From the NCBI GenBank assembly GCA_964434195.1, contig CAYSUI010000002.1, forward strand, positions 2,562 through 66,561: a stretch of 64,000 nucleotides of DNA, read 5' to 3'. The notes beneath the pieces were generated by a model that had not been told where the DNA came from, ran no database searches, and worked only from the letters and a program-made list of their open reading frames with translations. Position numbers and translations under genes: made by a program. This stretch comes from an uncultured Candidatus Saccharibacteria bacterium (GTDB taxonomy: Bacteria > Patescibacteriota > Doudnabacteria > UBA920). Positions 38,311 through 48,013 of the stretch are shown one piece after another (the stretch's first letter is position 1; each line of letters starts with the position of its first letter).

Positions 38311-38366
38311 TAATAAATAGTTTATGACTAAATAATTGGTTTGTCATGTTTTCATTTTTGGATTTT

Positions 38367-38440
38367 GCGGGATTCGTATAATGGTAGTACGAGACCTTCC
38401 CAAGGTTTAAGCACGGGTTCGATTCCCGTATCCCGCTCCA
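38367..38440 (+). tRNA. tRNA-Gly (anticodon CCC), CCA encoded
   Basis: Manual cloverleaf fold: acceptor GCGGGAT/ATCCCGC, D-arm GTAT...GTAC, anticodon stem AGACC/GGTTT with loop TTCCCAA, T-arm ACGGG-TTCGATT-CCCGT, discriminator U plus CCA. Confidence 0.9.
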
Positions 38441-38462
38441 AAAGTGAGAATGTGACCATTTA

Positions 38463-38538
38463 GCCGACTTAGCTCAGTTGGTAGAGCGGCGCATTCGTAA
38501 CGCGCAGGTCGTGAGTTCAATCCTCACAGTCGGCTCCA
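38463..38538 (+). tRNA. tRNA-Thr (anticodon CGU), CCA encoded
   Basis: Acceptor GCCGACT/AGTCGGC, D-arm GCTC-AGTTGGTA-GAGC, anticodon loop TTCGTAA, T-arm GTGAG-TTCAATC-CTCAC, then U-CCA. Confidence 0.9.
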
Positions 38539-38541
38539 TAA

Positions 38542-38576
38542 AACAGAACACTAAGTATTTAGTGTTCTGTTTTATT
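38542..38576. terminator. bidirectional intrinsic terminator (11-bp stem AACAGAACACT/AGTGTTCTGTT, 8-nt loop)
   Basis: Perfect stem flanked by an A-run and a T-run, located between the tRNA-Thr 3' end and the convergent minus-strand gene. Confidence 0.7.
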
Positions 38577-38584
38577 CATGACAA

Positions 38585-38611
38585 ATAAAAAACCAAAGAA
38601 ATTCTTTGGTT
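38585..38611 (-). terminator. intrinsic terminator for the IMPase-family gene (AACCAAAG-AAATT-CTTTGGTT + T-run on minus strand)
   Basis: 8-bp stem overlapping the stop codon. The plus-strand A6 run reads as a T-run after the hairpin on the minus strand. Confidence 0.55.
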
Positions 38612-39474
38612 TATCTAATCATTCCCATATCACGATATTGGTCAATGACTTCTGGGAGAGCAAATATTGTTTCGTGGTTCCACTCAACTTCTGAAGTGCT
38701 GAAAATCAACGGAAGCTCAACTAACTTTCGGCGTTTTGTGTCTACTCGGTAAGCTTTAATACCAAACCGGTTCATAAAACTCCAAGGAGCCGCGCAATCC
38801 CAAGGTTTCTGAACCCCGGGTTTAACTATGGCTTGTTGAATGATTCCACGAACAAGGTCCATAATCATCAGAGCGAAAGATCCAGAATAGCCTCTTGAAT
38901 CCTTGACTATTCCACCAACTTCAACAGGAAGCGTTAAATCCTGAATGAATTGGGAGTAAATCCTAACGTCACTACGGAGGCCAATTATGCATTTGCTCAG
39001 GGGCTTAGGCTCTGGTCTTACTATCTGCTGAGGATCCTCTTCCTTAAAAAAATGCCAAGTATTGGGACTCTTCTCTCGAAAGTAAAAAAGCTCATCAGTG
39101 TATGGATTCATGATATAAGAACTCGTAACTTTACATCCATCGTACGTAGATAGAAGTGAAGAAATCCCATAGCTCTCATTTCGTGTAAATGCTTTGGTGC
39201 CATCTAAAGGATCTACAATTTTCCAGTTCTTGCTCCTACCTCTCGGTTTTCGTCGGATCTTTTCTTCACCTATTATTCCAGAATAGACCCCATAACATTC
39301 ATCCACAAAATCTCCGATCAACGCTTCTACACTCGTATCAGCATCTGTCTGAACATCACCCTTCCCTTTAGCATGTACCACAAAGCCAAAGCGTTTATGA
39401 ATGATTATTTTCTGAACTCTTTGCAATTCAAGCTTTATAAGTCTCGCGCTACTATGCTCATTTAATCTCGGCAT
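38611..39474 (-). CDS. inositol monophosphatase / CysQ (3'(2'),5'-bisphosphate nucleotidase) family phosphatase
   Basis: Metal-binding motifs in order: GIIGEE, WKIVDPLDGTKAF (DPxDGT), and WDCAAP (WDxAAG-like). G+C appears higher than in neighbouring genes. Confidence 0.65.
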   Translation of the reverse strand: MPRLNEHSSARLIKLELQRVQKIIIHKRFGFVVHAKGKGDVQTDADTSVEALIGDFVDECYGVYSGIIGEEKIRRKPRGRSKNWKIVDPLDGTKAFTRNESYGISSLLSTYDGCKVTSSYIMNPYTDELFYFREKSPNTWHFFKEEDPQQIVRPEPKPLSKCIIGLRSDVRIYSQFIQDLTLPVEVGGIVKDSRGYSGSFALMIMDLVRGIIQQAIVKPGVQKPWDCAAPWSFMNRFGIKAYRVDTKRRKLVELPLIFSTSEVEWNHETIFALPEVIDQYRDMGMIR

Positions 39475-39548
39475 ATTTATTCCTCCATCCTAAAAACTTT
39501 TCCAATAGAAAGAAACCTAATTATGCAAATTACGCTATTAGTTGTCAA

Positions 39549-39573
39549 TAAAAAATAGCACAAGTGCGTGCTA
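39549..39573 (-). terminator. intrinsic terminator after the TIR-like gene (TAGCAC-AAGTGC-GTGCTA then T-run on minus strand)
   Basis: 6-bp stem. The plus-strand A-run at 39549-39555 is a T-run on the transcribed strand. A TTGACA / TGCATAAT promoter-like pair for the downstream IMPase-family gene lies next to it. Confidence 0.45.
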
Positions 39574-39579
39574 ATAAGT

Positions 39580-40146
39580 TTACCCTGGAAAACTAATAGG
39601 TCGCTGAGATTTGCGACTATTCGCAAATGTTCTCAATATACTCTCACAACCCTGCTCTAACTCACCCTGCCGCCAATTCCTCATCCCTAAAGTGAAAAAT
39701 GAGCGTAAATTTGAGGCAACAGGATGGGTGTTAAATGGAATGTCCTCATCCCTATATGCCGGAATGCTGGTATCCAGCGAAATAGGAATCAACTTTTTAC
39801 TTTCATTCCCAAACCCCGATTGCCTGAAAGCAAAGTAAAAATCCTTAAGAAACGTGTCATGTTTGAAAAGATCGTGAGAGCAGAGCAAGAGAATCACATC
39901 TGTTTCATTGGCAATTGCATACAAACCAGCTCCCGACTCTTCGGAAATCAATCGTGCGTCACCCCAGGCCAGAGTAATTACCGCTTGAAGTATGCGCGCG
40001 AGTTTTGTGTCCTCTTCTGAATGTGAATGATAGATGCCAATTTGCCTGGGAAAACAAAGTTGTCCCAACTTAGCCAAAATAGCCTCTATCGTCCCTTCAT
40101 TCATCTGGGTCATATTCAAAACTTCTTTTGCTTCTTCTCGTGTCAT
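39580..40146 (-). CDS. TIR-like domain protein (hypothetical)
   Basis: 188 aa. After a ~30-aa N-terminus, IGIYHSHSEEDTKLARILQAVITL...ETDVILLLCSHDLFKHDTFLKDFYFAF follows the TIR layout (betaA hydrophobic-YSH, alphaA, betaC ..vvlS..y..s.w). G+C appears elevated. Confidence 0.4.
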   Translation of the reverse strand: MTREEAKEVLNMTQMNEGTIEAILAKLGQLCFPRQIGIYHSHSEEDTKLARILQAVITLAWGDARLISEESGAGLYAIANETDVILLLCSHDLFKHDTFLKDFYFAFRQSGFGNESKKLIPISLDTSIPAYRDEDIPFNTHPVASNLRSFFTLGMRNWRQGELEQGCESILRTFANSRKSQRPISFPG

Positions 40147-40284
40147 TTCTTACCTCCAAATTGATATTCCAAAAAGAAATAAAATTATAACACATATAGA
40201 CATATTTTTCAATACCAAAATAGTTCAAAAGCATTTTTATGCACAAAAATACAAATTTGTCAAGGGTAGCCTTTTTTAGTTTAG

Positions 40285-40313
40285 TTGAAGGAACTACGTT
40301 TTTCTGGTATAGT
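40285..40313 (+). promoter_or_regulatory. candidate atp operon promoter (TTGAAG-17-TATAGT with TG extension)
   Basis: Hexamers with 17-nt spacing and TGg immediately upstream of the -10, about 55 nt before atpI. Confidence 0.4.
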
Positions 40314-40369
40314 TTTCGTGTTTCAATTTCACAAATTCATATTCTCCATAGCTATTAAAATAAAAATTT

Positions 40370-40723
40370 ATGGATCCAAATAACCTTTCAGATAATAAGG
40401 TAAAAAATAGTGAAATCCCAGGCAGGATGTCACTAGAGGAGCTTCACAGAGAACGCCTAGAACTTGAAGAGGCAAAAAAGGCTACTTCTGGAGTAAATCC
40501 CAACGTTAAACTCTTCAATGCAATGTCGATGTTTAATGTTGCAGTGGATTTTGGACTCATAATAGCGCTACCTTTAGTTGCGGGAGTATATCTCGGGAAA
40601 TGGTTAGACAATAGATATGGAACCAAATACATGATACTAATAGCTATACTAGTTGCAATTTTCATAAGTGCTGTTGGTCTGTACAAGCAAATTAATAAGT
40701 TATCTAAGCAAATAAAGAAATGA
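40370..40723 (+). CDS. atpI: ATP synthase protein I (AtpI/AtpZ-like)
   Basis: Small two-TM protein (LIIALPLVAGVYLGKWLDNRYGTKYMILIAILVAIF) immediately upstream of atpB, matching AtpZ/AtpI position and topology. Confidence 0.5.
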   Translation: MDPNNLSDNKVKNSEIPGRMSLEELHRERLELEEAKKATSGVNPNVKLFNAMSMFNVAVDFGLIIALPLVAGVYLGKWLDNRYGTKYMILIAILVAIFISAVGLYKQINKLSKQIKK

Positions 40724-41565
40724 CCTTACCACCACTCGCGGCAGAAGTAATGTTTAATATAGGTGCCCTGCCGATTACGAATTCTCTCATAAACTCAACA
40801 ATTACTTTAATTGGATTTATAGTATTCGCTTTCTTTGTCCAATTAGGGATTAGGAAATACTACACAAAAAAAGAACAGTCTCCGAAAGGTATAGTGAATT
40901 TTTTCGAGGCCCTTCTTGAATTTATGTTTAGTTATTTCGACCAAGTTACTGGAGACAGAAAAAAATCTTTGAAATTCTTGCCAATCGTTGGAACTTTTTT
41001 CCTATTTATCCTTGTGTCTAACTGGATGGGATTACTCCCAGGTACGGGTTCTATAGGATTATGGCAACTACACCATGGAAAAATAGAACTAATTCCTTTA
41101 TTTAGACCTAGTAATTCAGACTTAAACATGACAGTTGCGATGGCTGTTCTTGCTGTGGGGCTTTCTCATATTTTGGGTATAATGGCCATTGGTTTTTTCA
41201 AATACCTAAATAAATTTATAAAATTAGGTGATTTGCTTAAAGCAATTCTATCATTCAACCCTGTAAAAATACTCGTTGCTGTTATTGAATTCTTTGTTGG
41301 CTTAATTGAAATTTTTTCGGAAATTGCAAAAATGGTTTCTCTCTCCCTTCGTCTCTATGGAAATGTTTTCGCAGGTGAAGTACTTCTTACTGTAATTGCA
41401 GGACTCATTTCTGTATTCGTACCACTGCCTTTTGTTGGATTGGAAATAATTGTTGGATTAATTCAGGCAGTCGTATTTTCTATGCTTACTCTGGTTTATC
41501 TAAATCTAGCCACTCTAGACCATGAACATTCTGCTCAGGGTGAGCATGATCCAGAACCAGCGTAA
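40720..41565 (+). CDS. atpB: F0F1 ATP synthase subunit a
   Basis: Conserved arginine helix SLSLRLYGNVFAGEV and overall subunit-a TM architecture. Confidence 0.9.
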   Translation: MTLPPLAAEVMFNIGALPITNSLINSTITLIGFIVFAFFVQLGIRKYYTKKEQSPKGIVNFFEALLEFMFSYFDQVTGDRKKSLKFLPIVGTFFLFILVSNWMGLLPGTGSIGLWQLHHGKIELIPLFRPSNSDLNMTVAMAVLAVGLSHILGIMAIGFFKYLNKFIKLGDLLKAILSFNPVKILVAVIEFFVGLIEIFSEIAKMVSLSLRLYGNVFAGEVLLTVIAGLISVFVPLPFVGLEIIVGLIQAVVFSMLTLVYLNLATLDHEHSAQGEHDPEPA

Positions 41566-41639
41566 ATTAATTAACCAGTAGAGAGACGTTAAACAATTAA
41601 AAAAATAAGTCTACAAAACTGGAAAAAGAAAGGAAATAA

Positions 41640-41858
41640 ATGGACTCAGAAAGTATGGTAGTAGTAGCGAAAGCTTTCACAATAGCAATTGGTGGTCTTA
41701 TGCCAGCTTACGCTATAGGAAAAACCGCATCTAAAGCAATGGAATCAATAGGTAGAAATCCAGAATCAGCAGAAAAGCTATTCGTACCTATGTTGTTATC
41801 CTTAGCTTTTGCTGAGGCTATCGCTATTTACGCGTTAGTTGTAACCTTCACTCTTTAA
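41640..41858 (+). CDS. atpE: F0F1 ATP synthase subunit c
   Basis: 72-aa hairpin protein with the ion-binding Glu in LSLAFAEAIAIYALVV. No ES/ET Na+-binding motif, so it is proton-type. Confidence 0.9.
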   Translation: MDSESMVVVAKAFTIAIGGLMPAYAIGKTASKAMESIGRNPESAEKLFVPMLLSLAFAEAIAIYALVVTFTL

Positions 41859-41923
41859 ATAGTGATTTAGTTAGTCCAAAGCAATTTGGACTGACATAAT
41901 TAATATTTAATTAATTTTAACAG

Positions 41924-42502
41924 ATGCAAATCGTAGAAATACTATCTATATTTACAAATGTGGCACTGGCTGCAGAAGAAGTAGGCCATGCTGCAGCAGA
42001 ACCTTCTGTCTTAGGGACTTTAGGAATTAACTGGAAACTATTCCTCGCCCAGTTACTGAATTTCAGTTTGGTTCTTTTTGTTCTCTGGAAATGGGTCTTT
42101 AAGCCTGTCTCGAAAAAATTGACAGAACGAAGTGAAAAAATTGCTACCGCACTAAAAGACGCTGAAGATATAGAAAAAGAAAAACTTGCTTTCGATGAAT
42201 GGAAGAACCAACAGATTACGGATGCAAAGAATGAAGCATTTCAAATTATCACCGACGCCAAAAAAGACGCTGAGGCTGTTAAGGCTGAAATACTAAAACA
42301 AGCAAAATTAGAACAAGCCAAGATCGTAGAAATGAGTAAGAAAGAAATACACGACGAGGCAGAAAAATCTGCTACTAAAATTAAAACAGAAGTAGCGACT
42401 TTGGTAGTTAGCGCCACAGAAAAAATCTTAAAGGAAAAACTCGATCCTGCTAAAGACAAGGAAATTCTAAAAAAGGCGATTACCGATTCATTAAACTCTT
42501 AG
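41924..42502 (+). CDS. atpF: F0F1 ATP synthase subunit b
   Basis: N-terminal TM helix then a long charged coiled coil. Operon position. Confidence 0.8.
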   Translation: MQIVEILSIFTNVALAAEEVGHAAAEPSVLGTLGINWKLFLAQLLNFSLVLFVLWKWVFKPVSKKLTERSEKIATALKDAEDIEKEKLAFDEWKNQQITDAKNEAFQIITDAKKDAEAVKAEILKQAKLEQAKIVEMSKKEIHDEAEKSATKIKTEVATLVVSATEKILKEKLDPAKDKEILKKAITDSLNS

Positions 42503-42503
42503 T

Positions 42504-42896
42504 ATGAGATATAAACCAAAACAATACGCCGAAAGTCTATATCTTGCTATGTCGGAAGTAGGCGAAAAAGGGGCAGATAAAGTCATAGAGACACTCATAG
42601 AATTACTTAAAAAAAACGGTGACCTGTCTCAATACGAAAATATTATTGAAGAATTTGAGAAAATCACTTTTAGTGAAGAAGGAAGGGCGAAAGCATCCGT
42701 TATTACGGTAAACGATATGTCTATAGAAAAGGAGATGCTTGATGACCTTAATAAAATTGTTGGGAAAAAATTAGACCTAGAAAAGTCCAAAGAACCTGAT
42801 CTGATTGGCGGCATGGTTCTCAGAACCGACGATATGCTATTCGACGCCAGTATTAAAGGGAAGTTAAATAAAATTCAAGAATCAATGATTAAATAA
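42504..42896 (+). CDS. atpH: F0F1 ATP synthase subunit delta (short OSCP)
   Basis: 130 aa, shorter than typical delta. The operon position between b and alpha plus the OSCP-like C-terminus ([22 protein letters not shown]) support the call. Confidence 0.6.
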   Translation: MRYKPKQYAESLYLAMSEVGEKGADKVIETLIELLKKNGDLSQYENIIEEFEKITFSEEGRAKASVITVNDMSIEKEMLDDLNKIVGKKLDLEKSKEPDLIGGMVLRTDDMLFDASIKGKLNKIQESMIK

Positions 42897-42904
42897 TTTC
42901 TAAG

Positions 42905-44404
42905 ATGAACACAGACCATATAATTCAAAAGTTAAAAGATCAGATATCCAATACTGATTTAGTAGATAAGGCTGAACAAATAGGTACCGTTGTCTCGGTA
43001 GGTGATGGTGTTGCCAGGATGTCAGGACTTAGTAGTGTAGCTAGCATGGAAATGTTAGATTTTGGCAATGGCGTATTTGGTGTCGCGTTAAACTTAGAAG
43101 AAGATTCCGTTGGTGCAATTATTCTTGGTGATTATTTAAAAGTTAATACAGGCGATGTTGTTAAAGCAACAGGTAGAATACTTTCTATTCCAGCTGGAGA
43201 AGCTTTCATTGGTCGCGTTGTTAATGCTTTAGGTGAACCTAAAGACGGTAAGGGTTCTATTAAGGAATCCGCTTTCTACCCTATAGAAAAAATAGCTCCA
43301 GGGGTTATTACTAGAAAATCGGTCACAGTTCCATTACAAACAGGAATTAAGGCCATAGATGCACTAATACCTATAGGAAGAGGTCAACGTGAACTTATTA
43401 TCGGAGACAGGCAGACAGGTAAAACAGCTATCGCAATAGATACCATTTTAAACCAAAAAGGTCAGAATATTGTATGTATTTATGTAGCAGTTGGCCAGAA
43501 AGAAAGTAAGGTTGCAAAAATTGTTGCCGAACTGGAAGCCAAAGGTGCTATGGACTACACAATAGTAGTCTCAGCTGGCGCAAGTGAGCCAGCTGCTTTA
43601 TCTTTTATCGCCCCATACGCAGGTTGTGCACTTGGTGAATATTTTATGGATCAAGGTAAAGATGTTTTGGTCGTATATGACGATTTGTCCAAACAAGCTG
43701 TTGCATATAGAGAAATTTCCTTGTTACTTAGAAGACCACCAGGTAGAGAAGCTTACCCTGGAGATGTTTTCTATCTTCACTCCAGACTTTTAGAAAGAGC
43801 AGCAAGGCTTAACGAAGATTACGGTGGGGGTAGCCTTACCGCTTTACCAATCATTGAGACCCAAGCTGGAGATATTTCCGCATATATTCCAACAAATGTT
43901 ATATCCATCACAGATGGTCAAATCTTCCTTGAATCAGACCTTTTCTACAAGGGTGTAAGACCAGCGCTCAACGTAGGTTTATCTGTCTCACGTGTAGGTG
44001 GTGCTGCTCAAACCAAAGCTATGAAAAAAGTAGCTGGCAAAATGAAATTATCTTTAGCTCAGTTCAGAGAGTTAGAGGCATTCGCCCAATTTGGTAGCGA
44101 TTTAGACGCTGAAACCAAAAAACAGCTTGACCTAGGTAAAAGACTAAATGAAATTCTTAAACAACCACAATACCAACCAGTCGGCCTCGCTCATCAGGTA
44201 GCAATCTTTTATGCAGCAAACAACGGATATTTAAACGATATTCAAATAGAAAGAGTAGGGGAGTTTGAAAGTAAATTCCGAGATTATCTCGATATTCAAG
44301 CAAAAAATGTCGTTGAAGGCATAACCACAGGAAAAGAATTGACTCCTGAAATAGAAGAAGAGTTAAAAAAAGCCATAGTCCAATTCAAGCAATCTTTTAA
44401 ATAA
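42905..44404 (+). CDS. atpA: F0F1 ATP synthase subunit alpha
   Basis: P-loop [15 protein letters not shown] and alpha-specific conserved blocks. Confidence 0.95.
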   Translation: MNTDHIIQKLKDQISNTDLVDKAEQIGTVVSVGDGVARMSGLSSVASMEMLDFGNGVFGVALNLEEDSVGAIILGDYLKVNTGDVVKATGRILSIPAGEAFIGRVVNALGEPKDGKGSIKESAFYPIEKIAPGVITRKSVTVPLQTGIKAIDALIPIGRGQRELIIGDRQTGKTAIAIDTILNQKGQNIVCIYVAVGQKESKVAKIVAELEAKGAMDYTIVVSAGASEPAALSFIAPYAGCALGEYFMDQGKDVLVVYDDLSKQAVAYREISLLLRRPPGREAYPGDVFYLHSRLLERAARLNEDYGGGSLTALPIIETQAGDISAYIPTNVISITDGQIFLESDLFYKGVRPALNVGLSVSRVGGAAQTKAMKKVAGKMKLSLAQFRELEAFAQFGSDLDAETKKQLDLGKRLNEILKQPQYQPVGLAHQVAIFYAANNGYLNDIQIERVGEFESKFRDYLDIQAKNVVEGITTGKELTPEIEEELKKAIVQFKQSFK

Positions 44405-44405
44405 T

Positions 44406-45275
44406 ATGCCGGGATTACAAGCATTAACAAGAAGAATAAAATCAGTTAAATCTACACGCAAAGTCACCAGGGCTATGCAGATGGTTTCAGCTGCCAAAAT
44501 GAGGAAAGCGCAAATTCAAGCGGTGACCAGTAGAAATTATTCAGAATTAGCGTGGTCACTCATATCTGAACTTAATAGAAATTCTGTTTTAGAGCACCCA
44601 CTACTCAGAATGAATAAAGAGGCTAAAAAAATTGGTGTGGTTGTAGTGTCTACAAACAAAGGTTTGGTTGGGAGTCTCAATACCAACTTGCTTCTCAAAT
44701 TGAGAGAAATAGAAGATGCAGAAGTAGAGATTGTCAAAGAGTATGTGGTTATGGGAAGAAAAATTCGCGAGGCAGCCGTTAGGCTCAAAAAACAAGTAAT
44801 TGCAGATTTTGAAAAAACAGAAAGCGCCTCAAAACCAGAAGATATATTTCCTTTGGCAGAGATGCTCACAAAAGCATACAGGCTCGGTGAGTATAAAAAA
44901 ATTTATCTAGTCTACAACCAATTTATTTCTACACTTGCCCAGAAACCCATAGCTAAAGTTATCCTCCCTATCAAAGCTGAGGTGAACCCAAATGAAACCA
45001 GGGCAATAAGTTCAGAATTTCTTTTCGAGCCTGACGAAAATGCTGTCCTGGACCATTTATTACCTAGAATCCTAGAGAGTCAGATATATCAATCTGTATT
45101 GGAAAGTAACGCTAGTGAACATTCGGCTAGAATGATAATGATGAAAAATGCTACGGAATCGGCTGGTGATCTAATTCAGGACCTGACACTTACTTTTAAC
45201 CAATTAAGACAAAATAAAATTACTACCGAGTTAAGTGAGATTACCGCGGGTAAACTCGCCCTTGAGGAAAAATAA
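44406..45275 (+). CDS. atpG: F0F1 ATP synthase subunit gamma
   Basis: N-terminal IKSVKSTRKVTRAMQMVSAAKMRKAQ and C-terminal QNKITTELSEI helices typical of gamma. Confidence 0.9.
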   Translation: MPGLQALTRRIKSVKSTRKVTRAMQMVSAAKMRKAQIQAVTSRNYSELAWSLISELNRNSVLEHPLLRMNKEAKKIGVVVVSTNKGLVGSLNTNLLLKLREIEDAEVEIVKEYVVMGRKIREAAVRLKKQVIADFEKTESASKPEDIFPLAEMLTKAYRLGEYKKIYLVYNQFISTLAQKPIAKVILPIKAEVNPNETRAISSEFLFEPDENAVLDHLLPRILESQIYQSVLESNASEHSARMIMMKNATESAGDLIQDLTLTFNQLRQNKITTELSEITAGKLALEEK

Positions 45276-45302
45276 TAAGAATAATTATTTAACAATAAGT
45301 AA

Positions 45303-46712
<1,410 letters not shown>

Positions 46713-46713
46713 T

Positions 46714-47166
46714 ATGAAACTTAAATTAACAATTGTTAGCCCAGAAAAGGTACTTACAAATACAGAGGCAGATAGCGTTAGCGTGTTTACCCCCCAAGGG
46801 CAAATAACAGTACTTCCAAACCATATACCATTGGTAAGCGTTATAGTACCAGGCGAAATAATAGTCAAAAACAGTGGTGAAGAGAGCTATTATCACGCTA
46901 GTGGGGGATTCTTACAGGTAGAAAACGGTGGTGAAGTAAGATTTCTAGTTGACGCAGCGGAACACATCTCAGAGATAGACGAAGCAAGAGCAGAAGCAGC
47001 AAGAGCAAAAGCAAAAGCCGCAATAGATAGCGCAAGACTAACTGAACAAGAATTCGCAGTAACATACGCAGCGCTCGAACGAAGTCTATCAAGACTAAAT
47101 TTCATTAAAAAACATTCCAGCAGAAACAGAACACCTATTACTGGTGAATCAGTATTCAGAGAATAA
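46714..47166 (+). CDS. atpC: F0F1 ATP synthase subunit epsilon
   Basis: Beta-sandwich N-terminus plus a helical Ala/Arg-rich C-terminus. Last gene of the operon. Confidence 0.85.
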   Translation: MKLKLTIVSPEKVLTNTEADSVSVFTPQGQITVLPNHIPLVSVIVPGEIIVKNSGEESYYHASGGFLQVENGGEVRFLVDAAEHISEIDEARAEAARAKAKAAIDSARLTEQEFAVTYAALERSLSRLNFIKKHSSRNRTPITGESVFRE

Positions 47167-47170
47167 AAAA

Positions 47171-47200
47171 ATCTCTCGCAAAAAAGCGAGAGATTTTTTT
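47171..47200. terminator. intrinsic terminator after atpC (ATCTCTCGC-AAAAAA-GCGAGAGAT + T7)
   Basis: Perfect 9-bp stem flanked by A and T runs. Confidence 0.75.
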
Positions 47201-47427
47201 ATATTAAAACATAACTGTGGAAAACTTTTTTTCAAACCTTTCATTTATAAATTGAAAAAATTTTTCTTTTACATTTCAAAAAAGAATAAACTGATTAAAA
47301 ACACTCGTAAATATGGGGTTTTTGTAGAGAAAAAATATTTATAAAATAATTTAAGTTAAAATAAAATTTTTTAAATATAAAAATAATTTTTTTAAAAAAA
47401 AAATTGAACTAAAAAACATTTTTTTTC

Positions 47428-47456
47428 TTGACACTAGTATTTTATTTTCGTAATAT
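47428..47456 (+). promoter_or_regulatory. consensus sigma70 promoter TTGACA-17-TAATAT with AT-rich UP-like region upstream
   Basis: Exact -35 consensus, 17-nt spacer, and a 5/6 match at -10, preceded by ~200 nt of A/T tracts. Confidence 0.55.
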
Positions 47457-47616
47457 ATTAATGAATTTCAAAGAAAAAAAATCTTACGAGAAATAGAAAG
47501 AAAATAAACAGAAATAGAAAAAAGAAATTCATAACAATACTACTTACTCAATTTTATTGAGAGTAGAAAATTAAGAAGAGAGACCAAAATCAGTCTCCTT
47601 CAGGAGAAAGCCACAA

Positions 47617-47688
47617 ATGGCAGCAAAGAAAAAGAAGCCAGCAGCAAAAAAGAAAAAAGCTCCAGCAAAGAAAAAAGCTCGACGCTAA
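47617..47688 (+). CDS. 23-aa Lys/Ala-rich basic peptide MAAKKKKPAAKKKKAPAKKKARR
   Basis: AGGAG Shine-Dalgarno 10 nt upstream of the ATG, an intrinsic terminator at 47713-47741 downstream, and the consensus promoter ~160 nt upstream. Too short for the ORF track. Confidence 0.35.
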   Translation: MAAKKKKPAAKKKKAPAKKKARR

Positions 47689-47712
47689 ATTCTTTTTTCC
47701 TAACGGAACATA

Positions 47713-47741
47713 AAACCACTCGCAAAATTCGAGTGGTTTTA
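47713..47741 (+). terminator. intrinsic terminator (AACCACTCG-CAAAATT-CGAGTGGTT + T4)
   Basis: 9-bp stem with a T-run, 25 nt after the basic-peptide stop. Confidence 0.6.
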
Positions 47742-47772
47742 TGATATAAGATATAAAACAAGTTTTATAACT

Positions 47773-47803
47773 AAAAAATTCCATCAATCGATGGAATTTT
47801 TTA
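47773..47803 (-). terminator. intrinsic terminator for the minus-strand tRNA operon (AAATTCCATC-AATC-GATGGAATTT)
   Basis: Perfect 10-bp stem immediately 3' of tRNA-Asp on the minus strand, with a T-run on that strand. Confidence 0.6.
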
Positions 47804-47804
47804 G

Positions 47805-47881
47805 TGGCGGACTGAACGGGACTCGAACCCGCGACCTCTCCCGTGACAGGGGAGCGCTCTAACCAACTGAGCTACCAGTCC
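47805..47881 (-). tRNA. tRNA-Asp (anticodon GUC), CCA encoded
   Basis: Reverse complement folds as GGACTGG acceptor, D-arm GCTC-AGTTGGTTA-GAGC, anticodon loop CTGTCAC, T-arm GCGGG-TTCGAGT-CCCGT, then G-CCA. Confidence 0.9.
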
Positions 47882-47919
47882 TAGTTTGTTAGTATGAAAT
47901 TTTCCTTATGCGGTCTTGC

Positions 47920-47996
47920 TGGTAGCGGTGAATGGAATTGCACCATTGACCTTGGGCTTATGAGTCCCACGCTCTAACTAACTGAGCTACACCGCC
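47920..47996 (-). tRNA. tRNA-Met/Ile2 (anticodon CAU, elongator-type), CCA encoded
   Basis: Reverse complement has acceptor GGCGGTG/CACCGCT (G1-U72 wobble pair), anticodon loop CTCATAA, and T-arm AATGG-TGCAATT-CCATT. Elongator Met cannot be distinguished from lysidine-modified Ile2. Confidence 0.8.
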
Positions 47997-48013
47997 TAAT
48001 TTTGGGCCATATA

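Noticed and set aside
38141-38347. 68-aa minus-strand ORF across the tRNA-Gly region.
   Set aside because: It overlaps the promoter, the pseudo-tRNA and the GC-rich hairpins of the tRNA locus. Spurious.
47144-47344. 66-aa ORF from the ORF track overlapping the atpC end and terminator.
   Set aside because: It lies in an AT-rich non-coding region and spans the atpC terminator hairpin. Its composition is low-complexity Lys/Phe-rich and it has no RBS. Likely spurious.
47590-47787. 65-aa minus-strand ORF antisense to the basic-peptide gene.
   Set aside because: It overlaps the plus-strand promoter-RBS-ORF-terminator unit and a terminator hairpin. It is a Cys/Phe/Leu-rich low-complexity translation of a poly-purine region. 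Judged spurious.
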